Sequence record: SRR20825006_492
Strand: one strand, 5' to 3'
DNA: 64,000 bases
The notes beneath the pieces were generated by a model. It searched no databases. It had not been told where the DNA came from and saw only the letters and a program-made list of their open reading frames with translations. The position numbers and the translations under genes are program-made. Positions 59,601 to 64,000 of this stretch are shown here, in pieces. Position 1 is the stretch's first letter; each line of letters opens with the position of its first letter.

Positions 59601-59800
59601 ATCAACTTTCTGGTCCGCTACGCTATATGAGGAACGATTTCGACGGCCCAAGTTCCAACGAGAGAAATCTTTTAAGGCTTGCAAAAGAAGCGGTTGATGA
59701 AGCCATTGCAAACATTGAAGATTTTGTAGCTAAAGATTGGCCTGCTTATCAAAAAACTATTGAAGAAGCGAACCTAAGTCCTTTCAAAAGTTTAGATTAA
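56618..59800 (+). CDS. VPS10/sortilin-like BNR-repeat beta-propeller secreted protein (often labelled glycosyl hydrolase)
   Basis: Signal peptide; RNIGPAGMSGRI; many S/T-x-D-G-G-x-[TS]-W Asp-boxes; HPDHH, GGMQDNG; helical C-terminus. Confidence 0.85.
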   Translation: MKQFYRVSLVFILTLLLGTSTSFSQQLDMDLLKGMEPRNIGPAGMSGRITAIDVVEADNDIMYAGSASGGIWKSTSGGVKWEPIFDEYSAASIGAIDIYQKNPSIIWAGTGEGNPRNSQSSGAGIYKSIDAGRSWQLMGLEGTRNIHRVIIDPNNPDVVYVGAQGSAWGDSETRGVYKTIDGGKTWKKILYNNPRTGIADLVMDPNNPNKLFAAMWEFRRRPWFFKSGGEGSGLYMTLDGGESWKKATSEDGLPEGELGKMGIAIAPSNTNIVYAHVESKKNGIYRSDDGGYTWKLQQTVEKDGNIGGRPFYYAEIYVDPFNENRVFSIHTYITKSEDGGKSFESLYPYYNWVHPDHHAFWLSSKSPGMMMDGNDGGLNITFDGGKNWRFIDNIPVGQFYHVAVDDNIPYNVYGGMQDNGSWQGPAYVWRSGGIRNAYWEELYFGDGFDVVMDRSDSRYAFAMSQQGSIGRVDLETGVSRYVRPTHPNGDELRFNWNSAVNFDPFDSKTIYFGSQFVHKSTDRGESWEIISPDLSTNDPEKQNQHESGGLTMDATGAENFTTVLAIEPSTLEKGLIWAGTDDGNVHITRDGGKNWTDLTKNIKGIPAGSWVAQIKASTYKAGEAVAVINNYRRDDWGTYIMHTTDYGKKWTNIAKDKGMEGYALSFIQDPVAPNLMFAGTELGLYVTIDGGKKWTKWTNKYPTVSTYDMVIQPREADLVIATFGRSFWVLDDIRPLRDLATNGAKELEKAVRIFPAPTAYDISWRQAAGSRFAADAMFSGDNREDGARITYSVNSSALKSDKEDSDDKKKEKEKVKFEIFDISGEKIRTFERTPSQDGINRTTWGLEMKGVSNPSRNKPRPNAQEPRGSTVLPGTYKVKISYGSYSDSTSVVVESDPRIDIPMSALRANLELSNEVNALREKLAKSTAKLVEAKEIVEVAENLAKADSRSKEELKAVNEANKATGKKIDELLDSIFGKRDDRQGITRNPDPTVMNQLSGPLRYMRNDFDGPSSNERNLLRLAKEAVDEAIANIEDFVAKDWPAYQKTIEEANLSPFKSLD

Positions 59801-59829
59801 TTTGACTTGTTGAATTTATTCAGAACATC

Positions 59830-59860
59830 AAGCCTCGTTATTTATAGCGAGGCTTTTTTT
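59830..59860 (+). terminator. Rho-independent terminator
   Basis: AAGCCTCG ... CGAGGCTT followed by a T run. Confidence 0.85.
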
Positions 59861-59915
59861 GTTATAAATAAATACACGATATTTTGATTCAAAACTAAAA
59901 CAATAGGATGCGTTT

Positions 59916-60758
59916 ATGGAAGGATTTATAGATTTTTTTGAAAACATTCCGACAGCATTTCGTGCGGGTATTTTAATTGGTGGAATTTTCTTTTTCTGGA
60001 TTATTGAAGGCGTTTTCCCACTTTTTGATTTTGGATATAAAAAAGTTCGTCATGCACTAATTAACGCTGTATTAACGGTTATTTTTGTAATCATAGGATT
60101 GGGATTTGCTGGTGCATTACTATGGGCGTCAAGCTATGTAACTGAGAATAATATCGGGTTAATAAATATGATTGAAATGCCAGTTTGGGCTCAAATCATA
60201 ATCGGGGTAATGTTATTAGACTTTTTTGGAGCGTACCTCATCCATTGGATAGAACATAAAGTTAGCGTGCTTTGGAGATTCCATTTAGTACACCACAGTG
60301 ATACAACTGTAGACGTTACTACGGGCTTACGTCACCATCCAGGAGAAGCCATTTTTAGAATGATTTTCACGATTCTAGGCGTGGTAATTGTTGGTGCCCC
60401 AATCTGGATTGTATTCCTTTACCAAAGTTTATCTGCGCTATTTACGCACTTCAATCACGCAAACATTCAAATGCCCAAAAAATTGGATAGAGTGCTATCG
60501 TACGTTTTCGTAACGCCATATATGCACAAAGTTCATCACCATTATGTGTTGCCATTAACCGACACCAATTACGGCAATATTTTTGCTATTTGGGATCGAG
60601 TTTTTGGAACCTTTGCTGAAGTGGAAGACACTAAGGAACTCAAATACGGCATTGATACTCACATGGATCCTAAAGAAAATGAGGATGTGGTTAACTTACT
60701 TAAAATTCCATTTCAGAAATACCGTTCTCCTGAAGATGTAAATAAAGAAGAGAAGTAG
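59916..60758 (+). CDS. Sterol desaturase / fatty-acid hydroxylase family protein
   Basis: His boxes HWIEH, HLVHH, RHHP, HFNH, HKVHHH; NYG..F.IWDR. Confidence 0.88.
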   Translation: MEGFIDFFENIPTAFRAGILIGGIFFFWIIEGVFPLFDFGYKKVRHALINAVLTVIFVIIGLGFAGALLWASSYVTENNIGLINMIEMPVWAQIIIGVMLLDFFGAYLIHWIEHKVSVLWRFHLVHHSDTTVDVTTGLRHHPGEAIFRMIFTILGVVIVGAPIWIVFLYQSLSALFTHFNHANIQMPKKLDRVLSYVFVTPYMHKVHHHYVLPLTDTNYGNIFAIWDRVFGTFAEVEDTKELKYGIDTHMDPKENEDVVNLLKIPFQKYRSPEDVNKEEK

Positions 60759-60813
60759 ACTTTAGAACTTGTTTAAATATCGATTCATATTCTCCATAAA
60801 TTCTGGATGGAAC

Positions 60814-60845
60814 AAAAAAGGCAACTCAAAATGAGCTGCCTTTTT
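60814..60845. terminator. Bidirectional terminator
   Basis: AAAAAAGGCA.CTCA ... TGAG.TGCCTTTTT between convergent genes. Confidence 0.8.
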
Positions 60846-60874
60846 AATAAGATCAAAATCCAAAAGGTTATTAG

Positions 60875-62188
60875 TTAACCGTCGGTTTCAACTTTTGTTT
60901 TTTCAACACCAGGAACGCGATGTAAGAACTCATCATAAAGTTCTGTTTGTCGGCTCGTCATTGGTACGAGATAGCCATCAATAAACACATTCAGTATTTG
61001 TGTTGAAGTTTCGAATGGATCTCCTGTAGAAACGAATAGATTCGCTTTTTTACCTACTTCGATAGATCCGATTTCATTTCCAACGCCCATAATTTCTGCG
61101 GCATTTATGGTAATTGCTTTCAAGGCCTCTTCACGTCCCATTCCGTATGAAGCTGCAAAGCCTGCGTGGTAAGGAAGGTTTCTAGAATTCTCAGTGTCAC
61201 CTGTTTTAAGAGCTACCTTCACGCCAGCTTTTTGCATAATGCCAGGATTTGCGTAAGCAGCATCGTAAGCATCTGACTGACGAGTTGGAATAGCTTGAAC
61301 TGGACCTGTAATAACAGGAATACCAGCTTTTGCCAACTTATCAGCTACTCTCCAACCTTCGGCAACTCCAGTGAAAACCACTTTTTTGTATCCACGTTCC
61401 TTAACCCAGTCCAAAGCGCTGATGATGTCTTTAGCAGCATTCACTTCGATATAAAGTAGCATATCGCCATTTACAACTTCAGCAAGAGCTGCCATTTCTG
61501 GGTAGTAACGAGTATCTGGTGAATTTTGGATTTTAGCATATAATTCCGCTTTATCCCAAGCTTCATTTACTGTTTTTAAAGCATTATCACGTGCTTTTTT
61601 CGCTTGTTCTTCAGTTTGTCGACGTCTACGTTGATCTGAAGGGAAGTTCATTACAACACCTTTCGAACCCGCATACATCTGGTCGGGAGTATATCCGAAA
61701 AGATTAATAGTAGCTGCTGTTCCAGGTAGAACGCCACCATCGGGCATTGTTAAAGTAGTGGTTACACCACTTACACGAGTAACAGGAATGGCTACCGAGT
61801 TAGGATTTACTGCGGTGAGCGCCTGCATTTGAGGAGTTACATCTCCAAACTCACGAAAATCCTGAGCTTCAGAAATACTTCCTATTTCCTTTAAACCAAG
61901 TTGCGTGCCTGAATCAATCATTCCGGGATAAATCTCTCTACCCTGGTAATCAAAAACTTCGGCATCAGATGGGATTTTTATGTTAGCACCAACAGCTTCA
62001 ATCACACCATTATTGATAATAATGGTACCATTTTCGATTATACCATTTGTAACGGTATAAATTTTAGCGTTGGTTAAAGCAAATTTACCACCTCGTGCTT
62101 TATTCGCATCGTCACTTTGTGCGGTTGCAAAAATAGGAGCGAAGGTGAATACAAGTACTAGTATTTTTATAAATTTATTCATGATCAT
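60875..62188 (-). CDS. Secreted amidohydrolase-family protein with degenerate metal site
   Basis: Signal peptide; YPGMIDSGTQ instead of PG.IDxHxH; SGVTT; AITINAAEIMG; GSIEVGKKAN. Confidence 0.85.
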   Translation of the reverse strand: MIMNKFIKILVLVFTFAPIFATAQSDDANKARGGKFALTNAKIYTVTNGIIENGTIIINNGVIEAVGANIKIPSDAEVFDYQGREIYPGMIDSGTQLGLKEIGSISEAQDFREFGDVTPQMQALTAVNPNSVAIPVTRVSGVTTTLTMPDGGVLPGTAATINLFGYTPDQMYAGSKGVVMNFPSDQRRRRQTEEQAKKARDNALKTVNEAWDKAELYAKIQNSPDTRYYPEMAALAEVVNGDMLLYIEVNAAKDIISALDWVKERGYKKVVFTGVAEGWRVADKLAKAGIPVITGPVQAIPTRQSDAYDAAYANPGIMQKAGVKVALKTGDTENSRNLPYHAGFAASYGMGREEALKAITINAAEIMGVGNEIGSIEVGKKANLFVSTGDPFETSTQILNVFIDGYLVPMTSRQTELYDEFLHRVPGVEKTKVETDG

Positions 62189-62190
62189 TC

Positions 62191-63555
62191 CTATTTGTTG
62201 TTAAAGAGAACGTTGAAGTCAACCATCTCGGCATCTTGCATGCACTGGTGTTGGTCTTCACGATCAAATATTTGAACTACATCGATAGAAGACTCAGGAC
62301 TAATGAAAATGCGCTGGTCTTTTGCATCGGTTGCTTTATCAAAGTATTTAACACCATCCACAAAAGTCATTTGAGGAATGGCATAAGTAGAAAGAGGATG
62401 CTTGTCAAAAATAGTGATGTCGGCATCTTTACCTTTCTCAAGCGAACCTACTCTGTTATCAATACCGAGCTGTTTGGCAGGGTTTAATGTGATAAGAGCA
62501 AGAGCTTCATTGTCACTGAGGTTGCCGTACTTTTGAGTTTTAGCAGCTTCATGGAAAAGGTGACGAATAAGTTCTCCTGAATCAGAGTTGATGGAAGTAG
62601 TTACACCATTTTTTGTTAAGATTGCAGCGTTGTAAGCGGTTGAGTAATACACTTCCAACTTATATGCCCACCAATCAGCAAAAACGGATGCTGATGCGCC
62701 AAAAGCTGCAAGCTCGGGCGCAACCTTGTATGCCTCGTTAGCGTGCTGGAAAGTCAATTTCTTTATGCCAAAGTCGGTAAAAACTTTCATCAACATATAG
62801 ATTTCGTCAGCGCGGTAAGAGTGACAGTGAACTAATATTTTACCATCTAGAATTTCTACTAAGGTTTCCATTCTTAAGCTGTACTCTGGCGCTACTTTAC
62901 GCTTACTTTTGTCGTTTCGGTAGTCTTCCCAATCTTTTTTATACACTAAAGCTTCTGAGAATGAATTACGAAGCATTGCTTCAACACCCATTCGACTTTG
63001 AGGCTGAATCCCACGAGAGCGGCCTCCACGTGTTGGGTTTTCACCGAGAGCAAATTTTATGGTACGAGGTGCATCTTCAAAACGAAGTTCATCAGGGTTG
63101 CTTGTTCCATAACGAAGTTTAAGTGTTTCGTTTCTACCACCAATTACGTTAGCAGAACCGTGCATAAGGTTGATAGTAGTTACACCACCAGCCAACGCTC
63201 TATAAATTGCGATGTCAAAAGGATCGACAACATCTTCCATACTTACTTCTGCTGTAACTTGGCTTGTGCCTTCGTTGATAGAAGTTCCTGCAATATGAGA
63301 ATGTGCATCTATAATGCCAGGCATTACGAACTTCCCATCAGCATCTATTATATCAACACCGTTTGGTGCTTTTATGTTTTTACCAATCTTTGAAATCTTT
63401 CCGTTCTGTACTAGAATGTCGGTGTTTTCAAGAGTACCGTTAGTTATAGTAAGTAGAGTACCGTTCTTAATAAGAACATCTCCTTTCTTAACTTGAGCTT
63501 GTGTAACTGTAGCTACAAGAAGAAATAAAACGGTGATTAAGCTAATTTTGTTCAT
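62191..63555 (-). CDS. Secreted amidohydrolase-family protein; ATG 63555 preferred
   Basis: Signal peptide; PGIIDAHSH, GGVTT, KFALGENP, HCHSYR, QH, NSD, GSLEKGKDAD; AAAGGA upstream of 63555. Confidence 0.88.
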   Translation of the reverse strand: MNKISLITVLFLLVATVTQAQVKKGDVLIKNGTLLTITNGTLENTDILVQNGKISKIGKNIKAPNGVDIIDADGKFVMPGIIDAHSHIAGTSINEGTSQVTAEVSMEDVVDPFDIAIYRALAGGVTTINLMHGSANVIGGRNETLKLRYGTSNPDELRFEDAPRTIKFALGENPTRGGRSRGIQPQSRMGVEAMLRNSFSEALVYKKDWEDYRNDKSKRKVAPEYSLRMETLVEILDGKILVHCHSYRADEIYMLMKVFTDFGIKKLTFQHANEAYKVAPELAAFGASASVFADWWAYKLEVYYSTAYNAAILTKNGVTTSINSDSGELIRHLFHEAAKTQKYGNLSDNEALALITLNPAKQLGIDNRVGSLEKGKDADITIFDKHPLSTYAIPQMTFVDGVKYFDKATDAKDQRIFISPESSIDVVQIFDREDQHQCMQDAEMVDFNVLFNNK

Positions 63556-63571
63556 ATTTAATCCTTTCATC

Positions 63572-64000
63572 TTATTTAGCCTCATCTTTTGTTGCTGTGA
63601 ACGGAAATGAGACATTGAATACAGCTATCGAAGCTTCGGCATCAAACTCATTATCGGTAACTGTTCCTACTACCACAATTTCGATGGATTGCCCACCGCC
63701 ATCAAAAGAGAAATCAAAACTTAATGAACCATCAAGAAAAGTAAGGTTGTTTAAGTCGCTATCTGGTCCGCCTTGCATTCCTGAAAGAGTACCAGCTAAT
63801 TCTCCGTCTTCATTGGTTATGGTCATGGTGCCAGTTTGTACGCCTTGCGGAGATTCAACAGTGTATTCCCAAGTTCCAACGACAGCATTGAGACCAGTTG
63901 CATTGGCTTTAGAACCGTTAGCTTCTTTTTTCTCTTTTAAATCGTATTCGTATCTGTCACCATCTACAAAAACGTATTTAATTTGTGATTTTTTATCGAA
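63572..64000 (-). CDS. 3' end of a gene extending beyond the window, probably a third amidohydrolase with a C-terminal beta domain
   Basis: Open frame from 64000: FDKKSQIKYVFVDGDRYEY...VGTWEYTVESPQG...; the VFVDG strand matches the ends of the two downstream amidohydrolases. Confidence 0.7.
   Translation of the reverse strand, partial: FDKKSQIKYVFVDGDRYEYDLKEKKEANGSKANATGLNAVVGTWEYTVESPQGVQTGTMTITNEDGELAGTLSGMQGGPDSDLNNLTFLDGSLSFDFSFDGGGQSIEIVVVGTVTDNEFDAEASIAVFNVSFPFTATKDEAK

Noticed and set aside
184-63496. Numerous 60-150 aa ORFs antisense to or overlapping long genes in the ORF track
   Set aside because: They shadow well-supported genes and show no recognisable motifs or ribosome-binding signals

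Overview
AT-rich bacterial chromosome segment from the FCB group. It is inferred to be Balneolota/Rhodothermota-like from SusC/SusD, GldC, an NYPNPFNP-type T9SS sorting domain, ScpB and a split PntA. Most of it is housekeeping DNA: ahcY, recN, nth, pntAB, trxB, comM/yifB, priA, scpB and pseudouridine synthases. It also holds a signalling cluster (five-GAF kinase, beta-propeller kinase, receiver, receiver-PP2C, STAS), a SusC/SusD pair, an lhgO plus FAD/Fe-S oxidase locus, secreted peptidases and an amidohydrolase cluster. I saw no transposase, integrase, reverse transcriptase or CRISPR array. The strongest unexplained signal involves two four-helix-bundle (23S-IVP/Avd-like) genes, each wrapped in its own 7-nt-period arrays. 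At 44359-44812 the six downstream heptamers are near reverse complements of the six upstream ones unit by unit, but in the SAME order. This implies a serial pseudoknot-like RNA/ssDNA fold rather than a hairpin. Other leads are a glutamate-cysteine-ligase-like/CBS protein paired with a deacylase, a T9SS-sorted c-type cytochrome, an unannotated 30-aa membrane peptide with a perfect SD, a PriA lacking half of one Zn site, and probable leaderless mRNAs. All product calls come from motif recognition by eye; no database searches were run.
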